Shown here one piece after another: positions 45,645 to 59,792 of a DNA stretch of 64,000 nucleotides. The stretch's first letter is position 1. The number at the start of each line of letters is the position of its first letter. Made by a program: the position numbers and the translations under genes. Under the pieces are notes generated by a model. The model worked only from the letters and a program-made list of their open reading frames with translations, did no database searches and was not told the origin of the DNA. This DNA is from Octopus sinensis. Its lineage: Eukaryota. The stretch covers positions 23,126,001-23,190,000 of the forward strand of contig NC_042998.1 of assembly GCF_006345805.1 (NCBI RefSeq), read 5' to 3'.

Positions 45645-46502
45645 ATTATTTTTCGAAATGAAACAAAACTAACAGTAAAATGTGGAAATAATGTTTACTT
45701 TTGTATACTTCCACTTTATCTATATTTGAAAAGTTTGCTCCTACTTTTTTTTTCATTGCAAAGTCTTTGATCAGATCCTCACTATGACATCACATGAATA
45801 CTTCAAAATTATATTTCCAATCATATAAACCATTTTGAATATTATTTTAACAAGTTTAAAATGATTTCTTTTGTGCCATAAACCATTTACCATTTCTGGG
45901 CTGCCTCCACTTCACTTGACGTCTTGATAACATGCTTATTTTGCTTAATGGTTTATCCAGCACAGGTGGGCATGTATGGCACAGATGGATAGACTTACTC
46001 TGAAGAGGTGGCTATTGGTCATGGGTAGAACTTGGTAGTGGACCCTTGGTAGAAATAGCAATCCATGGTTTTGCGTAGGGTTTCCTTGTTCGGTTCCATA
46101 ATGTAACAGATAGTGGTGATATAATAACCATTTTGTGGAATAATGGTTCTCAAAGCTCATAACATACAGCTATAAAATGGCATGTAAATACAAGGTTGCA
46201 AAACCCTTGTGGATATGAAAAAGTTGAAGGTTGTCAGTGGACATGAACTCACACCCACTGTAGTCTCATCAGGCATTCTTTGACTTTTTCTATCAAAAAT
46301 GATGATTATGATAAATATCTTTTACTTGCTTCAGTCATTGGACTGTGACCATGCTGGGGCACCACATTGAAGGGTTTAATTGAACAAATCAACTTTAATA
46401 TTTATTTGAAAGCCTGATACTTATTCTATTGGTCTCTTTTGCTGAACCACTAAGTTACAAGGACATAAACAAACCAGTACCAGTTGTCAAATAGTGGTGG
46501 GG

Positions 46503-46868
46503 ACAAACACACAGATGTGGTCGATGCCAGGACCGCCTGACTGGTTTGTGTGCCAGTGGTATGTAAAAAGCACCATCCGAATGTGGTCAATGCCAGTAAC
46601 CACTGACTGGCTCCTGTGCCAGTGGCACATAAAAGGCACTATCCAAATGTGATCGATGCCAGGCCTGCCTGACTGGCTCCTGTGCCAGTGGTGTGTAAAA
46701 CACACCCACTACACTCTCGGAGTGGTTGGTGTTAGGAAGAGCATCCAGCTGCAGAAACATGGCCAGATCAGATCGGAGCCTGGTGCAGCCACTGGCTCTC
46801 CGAACATCAGTCAAACAGTCCAACCCATGCCAGCATGGAAAATGGATGTTAAACGATGATGATGATGA
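46503..46868 (+). mobile_element. SINE-like repeat, family 'C'
   Basis: Internal subrepeats, family body and (gat)n tail. Confidence 0.8.
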
Positions 46869-47611
46869 TGGTGATACATATATATGCGTGTGTATGTGTG
46901 TGTGTGTGAAGGGTTTCTTTCAGTTTCCGTCTACAAAATCCACTCACAAGACTTTGGTCAGCCTGGGGCTTTAGTAGAAAACACTTGCCCAAGGTGCCAT
47001 GCAGTGGAATTGAACCCAGAACCACATGGTTACGGAGCAAATTTCTTACCACACAAGCAAAAAAAACAAACAAAAAATGAATGCTATCTATAATTCAAGT
47101 AGTGTTATGAAGATGACAACTCCATCATTTGACAGACATTAGTTCAAATACAGAAAGTAATTTGATTCACTTGTAAAAAGTTAGGAAGACAGAGGTGGCA
47201 GAACAAGAAAGAAAAACAAAACAAAAGATAAAACACACATACACTACGCTCACAAAATCCAGGAGAACTGAACACAAATATGTAAAGAAAGTAACGGAAC
47301 AATTATCAAATTATTTTGCAGCATTACAAATTTATCTGTGTCTCTGTCTCATTGTTATCTTTCAAAACGTAATTTTTTTTTGACTTGGTAATTAAGGAAT
47401 TACTTGGAAGTTGACAATTATCTGTTTATGTTACAGTGTAAGCATTTAACAACCATGCAACCGTTGTGGTGCTAGCCGTTTAAAGAGGTTAAGAAACAAT
47501 AAAAGAACAATGGGAAATGAGATTCGGTATGTTAAAGATATGAACAAGCATCTAAAAAAATTCTTCCTCTCTCTCTCTCTCCTCTATGGATAATATCTAT
47601 CAGCAAATACA

Positions 47612-47663
<52 letters not shown>

Positions 47664-50074
47664 TGAGAAAGTTGGTGTGTGAAAGCACATGGTTGGATAT
47701 ATAGAAAATAGAAAAGAGTGAAAAAATTACAGAAGGTTTGTTTTATAAGGTTAAAGAATATATTTAAGTTGTTATGTTAGAAAAATGTTATAAAATTTTT
47801 TCATATAGTAATATATATATATATATAAAAATAAATATCTGTCTGTGTGTGAAATCACATGGCCTAGTGGTTAGGGCATTCAGCTCATGATCATAAGGTC
47901 ATTAGTTCAATTCCCAGCGACACATTGTGTCCTTGAGCAAGACACTTCATTTCATGTTGCTCCAATCCACTCGGCTGGCAAAAATGAGTAGTAGCTGTAT
48001 TCCAAAGGGCCAGCCTTGTTACACTCTGTGTCACTCTGAATCTCCCAGTGTCTGTGGAGTGCTCAGCCACTTGCACATTAATTTCATGAGCAAGCTGTTC
48101 CGTTGATCATATCAGCTGGGACCCTCACCGTCATAACCAACAGAGTATATATATATATATATATAAACCATGCCAAAATCAGATTGGAATCTAGTGCAGC
48201 CAGCCTTGGTCAAACCATCCAGCCCATGCCAGCATGGAAAATGGACATTAAATGATGATGATACATACATACATACATACACACATACATACATATGTGC
48301 TGGTGGCGTGTAAAAGCACCCATTACTCTCTTGGAGCAGTTGGTGTTAGGAAGGGCATTTAGCCATAGAAAACCATGACAAATCTGACTGGAGTTTGGTG
48401 CAGCCTTCCGGCGTGCCAGCCTAGTCAAACTGTCCAATCAATGCCAGCGTGGACAATGGATGTTAAATGAAGATGATGATGATGAAGATGATAATGATGA
48501 TATATATATAAACATCGTCAACGCTTAATGTCCACTTTCCATGCTGGCATGTGTCGGATGGTTTGACATGGAACTGGCTAGCAAAGCTGCCCAGACTCCA
48601 ATTGTCTGTTGTGGCATGGTTTCTACAGCTGGATATACAGGGTGGCCCAAAAGTAGGTTTGTAGTTATTCAACTATCTCTTTCGCATTCATATAGTAACA
48701 GTTTAGATCTTAATTCTAAAAAAGTATGAAACCATTTATTCTATGCTAATTTAGTTAATTTTGTCAAGTTCCCTTTTCAGTTTGTAAGATAGAAATTTAA
48801 ATGTAATAAAATGTTTTAACAGAAATTTAAAGTGCCTATGTGATAACTGTAAACTGACTTTTGGGCCACCCTGTACATAAATATCTATTTATATATACAT
48901 ACAAATACACATCACCATCATCATCATTTAACATCTGTCCTCCATGCTGGCATGGGTTGGACAGTTTGACAGGAACTGGTCAGCTGGAGAACTGCATCAG
49001 GTTCCAATTGACTGTTTTGGCATGGTTTCTATGCCTGGATGCCCTTACTAACACCAACTACTTTACAGGGTGTGCTGGTGCCACATAAAAAGCATCCCAA
49101 ACCATTCTGTGAAGTGGATGGTGTTAGGAAGGATATCCAGATGTAGAAACCATACCAAAGCAGACATTACACTCTGGTACACCCCTCTGGCTCATCTGTT
49201 CATGTCGGACCACCCAACCCATGCCAGCATGGAAAAAGGGATTTAAAATTATTATCATCATTATTTATTGTCTTTGCACAGCTTCTAACGCTGGAGATGT
49301 ACTCCGGTACCAGCTGTTCACTACCAGTGAACTAAGGTAACACTCCTTATTTTTCGAGCACCATCTGGAGTAAGTGCTCTACCCTTATTGCAGCCTGTTT
49401 GCTCCATGTACTTCTCAAGATTTTATTATTATTATTATTGGGGAGGAGGAGGAGAAACAGTTAAATTTTAGTTGAGAGGTAAAGATTATAGGAAATCTAT
49501 AGTATGATATACTAACAATGTAGAATTAAAGGAATTTTAAACTTCAGAATTTTACATTTGGGCAGAGAGCAGGTAATATAAAAAGCATGCATATACATTA
49601 ATACATACACAAATACATTATCTGTAGTACAAAAAAAAAAGACAAAAAACCGAAATCAAAGATTAACGACATAAAAGAATCAAGCAGAAGCTAGAAGCCA
49701 AACCTAAATAATTATTATTATTATTATTATTATTATAATATTCAATGACCTTTATCCCACAAAAGCATGTTGCTATAAGATGTACACAACAACGGCTGGA
49801 TCAAACTTATCTCTCAATAGCGTAAGAAACAGGTAGTACAAGATCAAAAAGAAAAAGGTGAGATTGAGAAAGAGAGAGAGAGGGAGGAAGAGGGAGGGGG
49901 GAAAGATAGTGAGAGAAAGAAAGAGAGAGAGAGGGAGAACTTTTGGAAGCATGTTGTATGTTGTGAGACTCAAGAATGTTTTTATGATGATGTTACTTAA
50001 GATTTCCAGTAGGAGTTCCAAGATGCTTCTATCAGCAATCTGGTTTCTTATCATAACGAGTTAAGAAACCAATA

Positions 50075-50251
50075 TACTCTTTTGTTTGTTTCAGTTATGT
50101 GACTGTGGCCAGGCTGGAGCACCACCTTTGGTCGAGCAAATCGATCCCAGGACTTATTCTTTGTAAGCCTAATACTTATTCTATCGAATAAGTTACGGGG
50201 ACGTAAACACACCGGCATCGGTTGTCAAGCAATGCTGGGGGACAAACATAT

Positions 50252-50301
<50 letters not shown>

Positions 50302-50460
50302 GATGGGCTTCTTTCAGTTTCCGTCTATCAAATCCATTCACAAGGCTTTGTTCGGCCTGAGGCTATAGTAGAAGACACTTGCCCACGATGCCACGCAGTG
50401 GGACTGAACCCGGAACCATGTGGTTGGTAAGCAAGCTACTTACCACACAGCTACTCCTAC
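50075..50460 (-). mobile_element. SINE family 'B'
   Basis: Near full-length match to other copies. Confidence 0.8.
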
Positions 50461-51801
50461 ACGTGATTTTAAAAAAATATACATGAGGTCATTGATCCCC
50501 CTGTTCTTTATTGTCCATGTCACGGTAAAATTTGACAGAAGTAACCATTATAGATTATTGCAACTGAGGCCAAATTATGGAAGGAGCTTTTATATGGCTG
50601 CCCAATTTGCAAGAAATAGAAGCTAATTGTACTTAAAAATCATATCCTATTTTCTTAGAAAAGAAATAACACATTGGACATCATAGTATGAGATACACAT
50701 CATCATCATCATCATCATTTAATGTCTGTGTTCCATGCTAGCATGGGTGGGACAATACCACAAGAGCCAGCCAGGCAGAAACCTGCATCAGACTTCTGTG
50801 ACTGTTTTGGCAGGAATTTTACATCTGGATGCCCTTCCAAACACCAACCACCCAGCAGAGTCGACTTAGTGCTTTTTATGTGGCACAAGCACAGGCGAGG
50901 TCAACTTTGGCAAGGTTTTTACAGCTGGATGCCCTTCTTAACACCAACCACTCAGCAGAGTGGACTTTGTGCTTTTTATGTGGCACAAGCACAGGTGAGG
51001 TGAGTAGTGCTTTTTACATGGTACAAGCACAGGCGAGGTCAGCTTTGGCAAGGCTTTTACAGCTGGAGGCCCTTCCGAATACACAATATCTCTAAAAACA
51101 AAAGATAAAATGATAAAGGCTATAATTACATAGCAACAGGTGTAGCTGTGTGTATAAGAAGCTTGCTTCTCAACCATGTAGTCTTAAGTTCAATTCCATT
51201 GCACGGCACCCTGGGTAAATGTGTTCCAAAATAGTCCCTAGAAACTGGAAGAAGCCCATCATATATGCTGATATGCATGTGTGCATGTGTATGCCCTTGT
51301 CTAGACACTATGTGATGGTTGTTAACAAGCATCCCCATCGTAATAGCGATGTTGTTTGTTTCCTGTTTTCCCTGAAAAACCTGTCTGGTTATGAGAAAAC
51401 TCTACCTTGCTGAGAGACAGGTGAGGGTTAGTGACAGGAAGAGCATTCAATGATAGAAAACTCTCCCTCAACAAATTCCGTCTGACCCATGCAAGCATGA
51501 AAAAGTAGACGTTAAATGATAATGATGATGATGATGATGATAATGCATTTACTATGCAATGGCAGGCTATCACATGGAAATTCCATAATGAGAAATCTAT
51601 TTTTCCATTGACCTCTCTATATGTTACATAAAATGGAAGTTGAATGGTAAAGTAGCTCTTGTCTTATAGAATTCCAAGTTATAGCAAAATTTTTAGGAAT
51701 GCAATGTTTCTGTGCAGCAAGAGATGCTTGTAATCTTATTAACTCTACTTGAAATAGCTATATTTTCAAATACCATAGCAAAAAAAAAAAAAAAAAAAAA
51801 A

Positions 51802-52203
51802 GGTGTAGGAGTGGCTGTGTGGTAAGTAGCTTGCTTACAAACCACATGGCTCCGGGTTCAGTCCCACTGCGTGGTACCTTGGGCAAGTGTCTTCTACAAT
51901 AGCCTCGGGCCAACCAAAGCCTTGTGAGTGGATTTGGTAGACGGAAACTGAAAGAAGCCCATCATATATATGTATATATATATGTATGTGTGTGTATATG
52001 TTTGTGTGTCTGTGTTTGTACCATCGACATCGCTTGACAACTGATGCTGGTGTGTTTACGTCCCCGTAACTTAGCGGTTCGGCAAAAAAGATCGATAGAA
52101 TAAAGTACTGGGCTTACAAAGAATAAGTCATGGGGTCGATTTGCTCAACTAAAGGCGGTGCTCCAGCATGGCCACAGTCAAATGACTGAAACAAGTAAAA
52201 GAA
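51802..52203 (+). mobile_element. SINE family 'B'
   Basis: Full length, preceded by an A-run; the tail ggcggtgctccagcatggccacagtcaaatgactgaaac starts at 52154. Confidence 0.85.
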
Positions 52204-52511
52204 TAAATGGATATAAAAATCTAAATGGATAAACCAACATTATACGCCTAATAAGTATTGTTGAATAAATTGGAAATATCTAATTTTTGCATATCTAATG
52301 AGGATGCTGGAGCTGTAGGTAAGTTCCTGTATAATGATGATAATGATCATCTTCATCATAATCGTCTTAATGTTCACTTTTCCATGATTGCATGAATCAA
52401 GTGGAGTTTATTGAGGCAGATTCTTCTACAGCTGGATGCCTTCCCTGTTGCCAACCTTCATTTGTTTCCAAGGGGGAGGGAGAGAAAGAAAAAGAGATAG
52501 ATAGAGAGAGA

Positions 52512-52575
<64 letters not shown>

Positions 52576-52597
52576 GAAAGAAAGAGAGAGTGTTTAC

Positions 52598-52687
52598 CTT
52601 ATTGCATACCAGAAAACTTCCACCAACAGCAAGCCCATGAGTGAAATTATCTATAATGTTGGCAAGAAGATTTAAATAACCACTAAT
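52598..52687 (-). CDS. SLC39A13: SLC39A13 exon: ISGYLNLLANIIDNFTHGLAVGGSFLVCNK
   Basis: CAG acceptor, GTAAAC donor, 90 nt, phase 0-0; near-identical to ZIP13 VSGYLNLLANTIDNFTHGLAV. Confidence 0.96.
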
Positions 52688-52815
52688 CTGGAAAAAAATA
52701 AAGAACATATAAAAAAAATATATATATATTAAACAATGACATAAAATGGAAACATCAGAATAGCAGAAAGTATATATATATGAACTATTTCCCTCTAGTT
52801 AATTCTCTCATATCA

Positions 52816-52861
52816 TCTCTGATGAAGGGATGTCCCAAATATCACAGAAACAGCTGTAAGA
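52816..52861 (+). ncRNA. Penelope-type minimal hammerhead motif with palindromic stem III
   Basis: TCT-CTGATGA-A-GGGATGT-CCCAA-ATATCAC-A-GAA-ACAGCTGT-A-AGA: intact CUGAUGA and GAAA, self-complementary ACAGCTGT, stem I TCT/AGA, imperfect stem II. Confidence 0.55.
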
Positions 52862-53170
52862 CTACCTTTCCCTTTATAAATGTCCTATAAATTCCACACA
52901 GCCTTGGCTTTGTTGTCTCGTTTTATTTAACACACACACACACACACACATACATATATATGAGTTATAAGATCCCAGGATCTAAATGTAGGAAGCTTGT
53001 AAGCTTCAAGCAGTCCATAGTAGGTAAAATAAACAATGTATAGGAACAATAATAATTTATTGGAATCAAAGGTTGTAAGCTTTTCCCATATCAAAGTTTG
53101 AATAAACTGAAAACAATTTTGTATAGCTCACATTTAGCAGCCTGAGTTGCTAATAATGCAAATAATAATT

Positions 53171-53390
53171 CAAATTGACGAAGTGGAGCAGTTAAAATTC
53201 AGGCTACATATGTTTCATACATAGCAGATCCTCTGATGTAATAATTACTCAACAAGAGGTAATTAACTAGCTACTCATCAGGTCGAAAATATCTAGCTGA
53301 ATACCCCTTGTTAAGTAATTATTACATCAGAGGATCTGCTATCTAGGAAACAGGTAGCCTGACTTTTACCTGCTCCACTCCCTCAATTTG
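53171..53390. repeat. Inverted repeat/MITE; arms 53171-53261 and 53302-53390
   Basis: About 90-bp arms including a perfect atagcagatcctctgatgtaataattact match. Confidence 0.85.
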
Positions 53391-53423
53391 GAGTTTATCT
53401 GTGTGTGTGTGTATGTATGTGTA

Positions 53424-53485
<62 letters not shown>

Positions 53486-53487
<2 letters not shown>

Positions 53488-54496
53488 GCAGAGAGCCACG
53501 ATCACAAATTATGCAGATGATACAAAAGTTTCACAAGTAATACAGAACCCTAAAGACACTATGCACCTGCAATGTGAGCTGGTCAAAATATACAAGTGGG
53601 CTGAAAAGAATAGCATGCAGTTCAATGCTGAAAAGTTTCAAGCTTTATGCTATCAGCATGCAAAACTAAATGCAATACCCAATAAATACACTGGACCTGG
53701 AGGGATTGCAATCCCAGAGGCACAATCAGTGCGAGACCTGGGTATTTATATGAGTAATGATGCAACCTTTCATGTGCATGTTGCTAAATTGGCAATGAAA
53801 TGTAGGTGGCTGACCGGATGGATTCTTAGAGCTTTTAGAACAAGAGACCAGGAAACCATGATGGTCCTCACTTGTTCTAAGCCACTTTGACTATTGCTCT
53901 CAGCTATGGTCACCAACCAGTGTCAAATTAATCACAGAACTTGAGGCGATCCAACGAGGCTACATGAAGAAGATAGCCTCTGTGCAGCATATAAGCTATT
54001 GGGAAAGACTCAAGAGATTAAGATTCTATTCCTTAGAGCGTAGGCAAGAAAGATATGCCATAATATACATCTGGAAGATCCTGGAAGGACTTGTCCCAAA
54101 CTTTGGCATCGAGAGTTACACAAATACTAGAACTGGGCGCCACTGCATAGTGTCAAGGACTCCAAATTTACAATCAAGATGTAGGACAAGATACTGTGAT
54201 AGCCTGGGCTTCAGAGGTCCACAGCTCTTCAATATCCTCTCAAAGGACCTGAGAGACCTACATGGGGTGGATGCAGATGTCTTTAAAATAAAGCTGGACC
54301 TCTTCCTGTCAGGTGTCCCAGATGAACCAACTTCACAGCAGGAGGTGCAGATGAGGGCAGCTGCATCAAACTCTCTCATGCACCAAATGTCAATTGCTAA
54401 AAAGCATTCGTGAAGTAAAATCATGTAGCAACACCGAATGGCGGTGTCCCAGCATGGCCACAGCCCGTGAGCTGAAACTAGATGAAATGAAATGAA

Positions 54497-54497
<1 letters not shown>
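53486..54497 (+). mobile_element. 5'-truncated CR1-clade LINE (RT C-terminal half, one frameshift) with 3' tail
   Basis: ITNYADDTK...WAEKNSMQFNAEKF...RDLGIYMS, then LSHFDYCSQLWSP...YWERLKRLRFYSLERRQERY...FKIKLDLFLSGVPDEP; ends ggcggtgtcccagcatggccacagcccgtgagctgaaact(agatgaaatg)... Confidence 0.9.
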
Positions 54498-54530
<33 letters not shown>

Positions 54531-54833
54531 TTTTAGAGTGGTTTTCTACAGCTGGGTGCCCTTCCTAATGCCAACCAATTTACTGTGCATTATATCACAT
54601 ATATATACATATACATATGCATACACACACACATATACATATATGCTTACATATCATACACACACCACACACATACATATATATGCATGATATGTTTTAC
54701 ATTGTCTACAGTGCCATCATAAGGCATATGCACACTGGACAATTGCCTGGAGAGAAGAGGGTCTTATAGGTCTCAGGGGCCAATTCTGATCACATTTAGG
54801 AAGTGTGTATTAAACCTTTTATTCTTCACCAAC

Positions 54834-54992
54834 CTTTATAGATCTAGTCTCTTGTACAGGCTCTGAAAGTTTCGTTAAGGCCACATCTTTGTTTTGGTTA
54901 TGATTTAATTCCTCTTTGTGATTGATCTTGGATGGAGTTCTGTTTCCTTTCCCTGAGCAATCATGCATTTTCTCTTCAGCTTCTTTCAATTC
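54834..54992 (-). CDS. SLC39A13: SLC39A13 exon, cytoplasmic loop: ELKEAEEKMHD...VQETRSIK
   Basis: CAG acceptor, GTTGGT donor, 159 nt open, phase 0-0; ends RSIK, which joins ISGYLN like vertebrate ZIP13 VRSIK-VSGYLN. Confidence 0.8.
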
Positions 54993-55396
54993 CTGCAAAA
55001 CAAATGTAAAGTAGGAACAGAATTAACAAACCACATACAAAAAGAACATGACTGGGAATAATAAAATAATTTACAGGAAACAGATATCATGCGATAGCCA
55101 TCAACATTAACTGTATCAAGCAAACATGTATTCTGTTTCATTTTGATTTGCTATGATAATATTAGTTTGATGTTTGGAAGTCACTGATACCTGTAAAAGA
55201 ACAGGATCTCGCCTTATCTCTCAGTATTTCATGACTTCTTCCAAAGGTTTTTATGTCTGTTTAGCTTTATTGCGTTCAATGTGTGTTTATGTATGTGTAT
55301 ACACTTATATGTGGCTGTATGTGTATGCAAGTATAACTGCGTGCTTGTGTGTGTGTGTGTATGTCCTATTCATGTAAGTAAACATATCTCCCTCTG

Positions 55397-55435
<39 letters not shown>

Positions 55436-56136
55436 AGACAGAAAGACGTGGGGGGGGGGATTTTTTGCACATGGCTCAACACAGTGATTCCCAATCTGAG
55501 GTCTATATAGGTAATACAACCTAACGTGTGTGTGTGTGTGGTGTGTGTGTGTATGTGTTTGTGCATAATGTATATAAATACACAGGTAAATACACATACA
55601 TAAGCAAAGATTGTCTATGTGTGTGTGTGTGTATGTATATATATACATATATATATACATAGAGCAGGTATTACTGAATGGTTCAAGGGAGATGTTGCGT
55701 GGTTGGGAGACAAAGCAGAGAAATCTGTGAAGGCTAAAAAGGTACAAAGACATATATCTGTTGGATATGTAATGTTAACTAGCATGAGAGAGGTGGAGCG
55801 TGTGCGGGGGCTAAAAAAAGTGAGTGAGGATTAAAGGGACCAGTCAATGTGTAGAGATGAGATAATGGAAGTGAGATAAATGTGTTGGTATAGGTATGTG
55901 GGGTGAATGGTTGATGAGATTTGGTGAGTTGAGATGTTGTGCTTTGAAAGCAAAATGTTCCTATGACAGAAGAAAATCCTGGAGGAAACGGTGAGGCTAA
56001 TGCTGAAGAAGCTATGATATATAGACAAAACAAAAAAACTGTACCAAAAGGAGTGGCAATTATGCTGTACATTGGATCGATACAACTGATAACACATGTG
56101 TATATGTGTGTGTGTGTGTGTGTATGTCTGTGCATG

Positions 56137-56186
<50 letters not shown>

Positions 56187-56569
56187 AAAGATGGAAGTGG
56201 AAATAGATAGAAGACATTTCAATATGTGTTTACTCCGGTATATATATATATATATGTATATATATTTATAAAAGATATATATATACAACAGGCTTCTTTC
56301 AGTTTCTGCCTAAAAAATCCACTCACAAGGTTTTGGTCACTCCAAGGCTATAGTAGAAGACACTTGCCCAAGGGACCACACAGTGGAACTGAACCTGGGA
56401 CCATGTGGTAGGGAAGCAAGCTCCTTACCACACAACTACATGCATATATAAGGAGAAAAAGCATCTGTTTAATCATTGATGTTGCATTTCCTGGTGATGA
56501 CAAAGTAACAGGAAAAGATGAGAATCAGGTCAGATATGATTTGAAATGGATGCTAAAATGCTGACTCTT

Positions 56570-56578
56570 ATAATAATG

Positions 56579-56609
<31 letters not shown>

Positions 56610-56856
56610 AATTATTATATACAGTGCTCAGGTGCACCACAACTTGTCAAAAGTGCGTATAAAGTATATGCAGTAATGTACAAATGTCTGGAAAGTGAAC
56701 AGTGTATGAGTCAGATACATGCTTGCATGTGTATGGAGGGGAGAAAATCGGGTGTAGTGTTGGCGAATCTCAGGAAGCATGAAAGTTTTGAAGGGTGCAG
56801 TGCTCTGACAACTAACAACTGATGCCGGCAGTTTGTTCCATGCTTCAGCAACTCTA
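56570..56856 (-). mobile_element. CR1/L2-clade LINE 3' fragment, second copy
   Basis: Nearly identical to about 2710-2975; RVAEAWNKLPASVVSC. Confidence 0.8.
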
Positions 56857-59755
56857 ATGATGATTATATTCAATAATTCAATGCAAAACTCAACATAAAT
56901 TTTAAGAACCTGAAGCAGTCATTAAAAAGAAGAAGATTTAAAAAGTTTGGAAACTACTGCTTTAAGATATTTCATACTCAGCACACAACACCAGTACATA
57001 AATATCTACTTATTTATTGACCTCTGAGTGATGAAATACAAAGGCAACATTGGTAAAGCTTAAACTCAGAGACATAAACAATTCAGTTAATAGAATTTAG
57101 GTGGTCTTTATAAAATGCAGACATCAATAAAAGAAATGTTAAAAAATTATGAAAAAAAAACAAAAAAAACAGCATAAAATGCCATAAACTGCTTTAATAG
57201 ATTTTAGACTTTTCAAATTTGATTATTATCATATAATGGTTCAAACCTAATAGTTAAAAATATTCAACTATTTATGTTTGCAACACTATAAACAACTTAT
57301 AGCTAAGAAATATCTTTAAAATATAACTTTGGTTTTCTGATGAACAATAAACAGTAGCCTCTGAATTTAGTTTGATATTGGCTTGCTCTAAAAAGTTAGC
57401 AAGAAATTGAATCTGGTAAATAATATTATGTAAAATTTGGTATTAAAGAAACTTATGATTTTATGTCCTTCAACAATACCAAAAGCATTTTTAAAAAGTA
57501 TATTTTTAGATAAAAAAAGATAGCAAAGAACTATCTCAGTTTTAAAAAAACAAACTAATAGATAAAAATACGGGTAAACAAGGCTGTGAGTGTATTTGGC
57601 AGTTGGACTGAAATAAGCATATCATAGGCATATACACATCTACCTACCTATCTAGACACACACATGTATACTTATATTTGAGTGTGAGTGTTTGTGTCTC
57701 CTTGTCTTGACATCATGTAATAGTTGTAAATGAGTGTCACTGTTATACAAGCAGTGTCCCTTATTTCTAGTCTTTCGCGACAACGTGTCCAATCATAGGA
57801 AAATATTACTTCATATGGAATCAGGTAAGGATTGGTAAAAGGAAGGGTATTCAGCCATAAAAAAATCTACCTCAATGAATTCTGTCTGACCCATGCAAGC
57901 ATGGTAAGGTGGACATTAAATCAATAATGACACATCATCATCATCGCTATTTAATGTCTGTTTTCCATGCTGGCATGGGTTGGATGGTTTGACGGAAAAC
58001 TAGTAAGCTGAGGAGCTGCACTAGGTTCCAGTCTGAGTTGACATGGTTTCTACTGCAGGATGCCCTTCCTAATGCCAACCACTGAAAGAGTGTAGTGGGT
58101 GCTTTTTATGTGCCACCAACATGGGTGCCAGTTAAGAAACATCAGCATCGGCCATGACTACAACCTCACTTGGGTTGACAGATCTACTCAAGCACGGTAT
58201 ATTGCCAAAAGTCTTGGTCACTTGTCACTGCCTCTGTGAGGCCCAAAGTTTGAAGGATGCTTTTTAATGTCACTGGCACAGGTGCCAGTTATGTGACATC
58301 GATGCATATACAGAGCTGTATAAAGGGAAATTACTAATATGTGTTGTTGCTGGATGCCTTTAGCCAATGATCTCTATAGGTGATGGCAAAGATGATTACT
58401 TGATCAGTAAAAATTTTCAGGGGGAATTTGTTATAATACTTACACCTGTAGAATATTTCACACTTTCTCTTAAACATTGCATGTCAAACAATAAAACTTC
58501 TCTGACCAGCAAAGGCACCATTTAATATCACTGAAATAAGTGGCTGGAACTTTGATGATGTTTGAAATTACTGAGATGTCAGTTATCTTATTCTGCCATT
58601 CATCAAATTCCTGCTGTATTGGGGAAGAGCAGAGGAGTTAATTTTATCTCTGATTGTAAATGAGTATGTGCCATGTACCTTATAACAAATGCATTTTCCA
58701 TAAGACCAATGTAGTTCCTCTATGTAACATTTGCGGATATTATCTTTGTTCCATACACATGTGCCTTGGTGAGGCATTTGTGATTAAGTGGACAAGCTAA
58801 AGTATTCTTACAACTGAATTCTCTCAGTTAAAGTGGAGGTGTTTCTGTTTGTATGATTTTGGTTGTGGTTAGGCTTTTGAAATGAAATATTCTGAAGTAG
58901 CTGAAAAGCATGATATAGGAAAATACTTAGTTATCAGATACAGAAGATTGTAGCTTATATTGGTTTTGACACTCATAGTGTATGAAAGTGGTGGTGGCTG
59001 GGTGGGGAGGAGGCTTAACTCAGATGCTGTTTATTTTCTGATTTCTCTGTTGGATATTTTCAACATATTCGTATTTGTCATTATAGTAATGTGTAGCTTG
59101 ATGGATAATATCCATGCTGGAGGACAAGTTAATATTTTCCTACTTATATTGTCAGCAAGAGAAGATGGATGTTAAAATGATGATGATGATGACGGTGATG
59201 GTGATGATGATGATGATGATGTCAACAGTGAGAATGAGGAGACTCGTGAAGATGACAAAGCTAAAGTGATTTAGAAAAGTTTGTCGTCTGAGAATCACTT
59301 ACAAACAGATGTAAAGTTAGCAAAAAAAACCCCAAAAAAACAGCAAAAAAAAAACAAAAAAAAAACAAAACGAAACAAAAGAGAACAAACAAAAAACAAA
59401 AACAAAATATTTCAAATACAAAATGTATTTAGAGACATATAATATAGTTATATAGCTTTTATGAGTGAATAATATTTTGATACAAAAATATTTCCTTGCT
59501 TACATTAAAGTACACTTTTAAAATGATGAATTCTAAGTGTTCACTGACTGTTAAACCATATTTACATCAAGTTTTCCTTCCAATATTAACTTGTAATCCC
59601 TGTTTTCATTTCAAATTCCATCAAGATTAATGTTACTGCTAGTTCTTTTGAAGGAGAAAGGGAGATAATCTTAGTTAAGTACAGGGGCTGATATAATTAG
59701 CTGTCATTTTCCTCCAAATTTGAGATCTAGTGCTTTAGGAAGCAATTATTATTAC

Positions 59756-59792
<37 letters not shown>

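Noticed and set aside
59160-59275. Acidic or His-rich coding segment
   Set aside because: It is a (GAT)n SINE-type tail with no supported splice sites.
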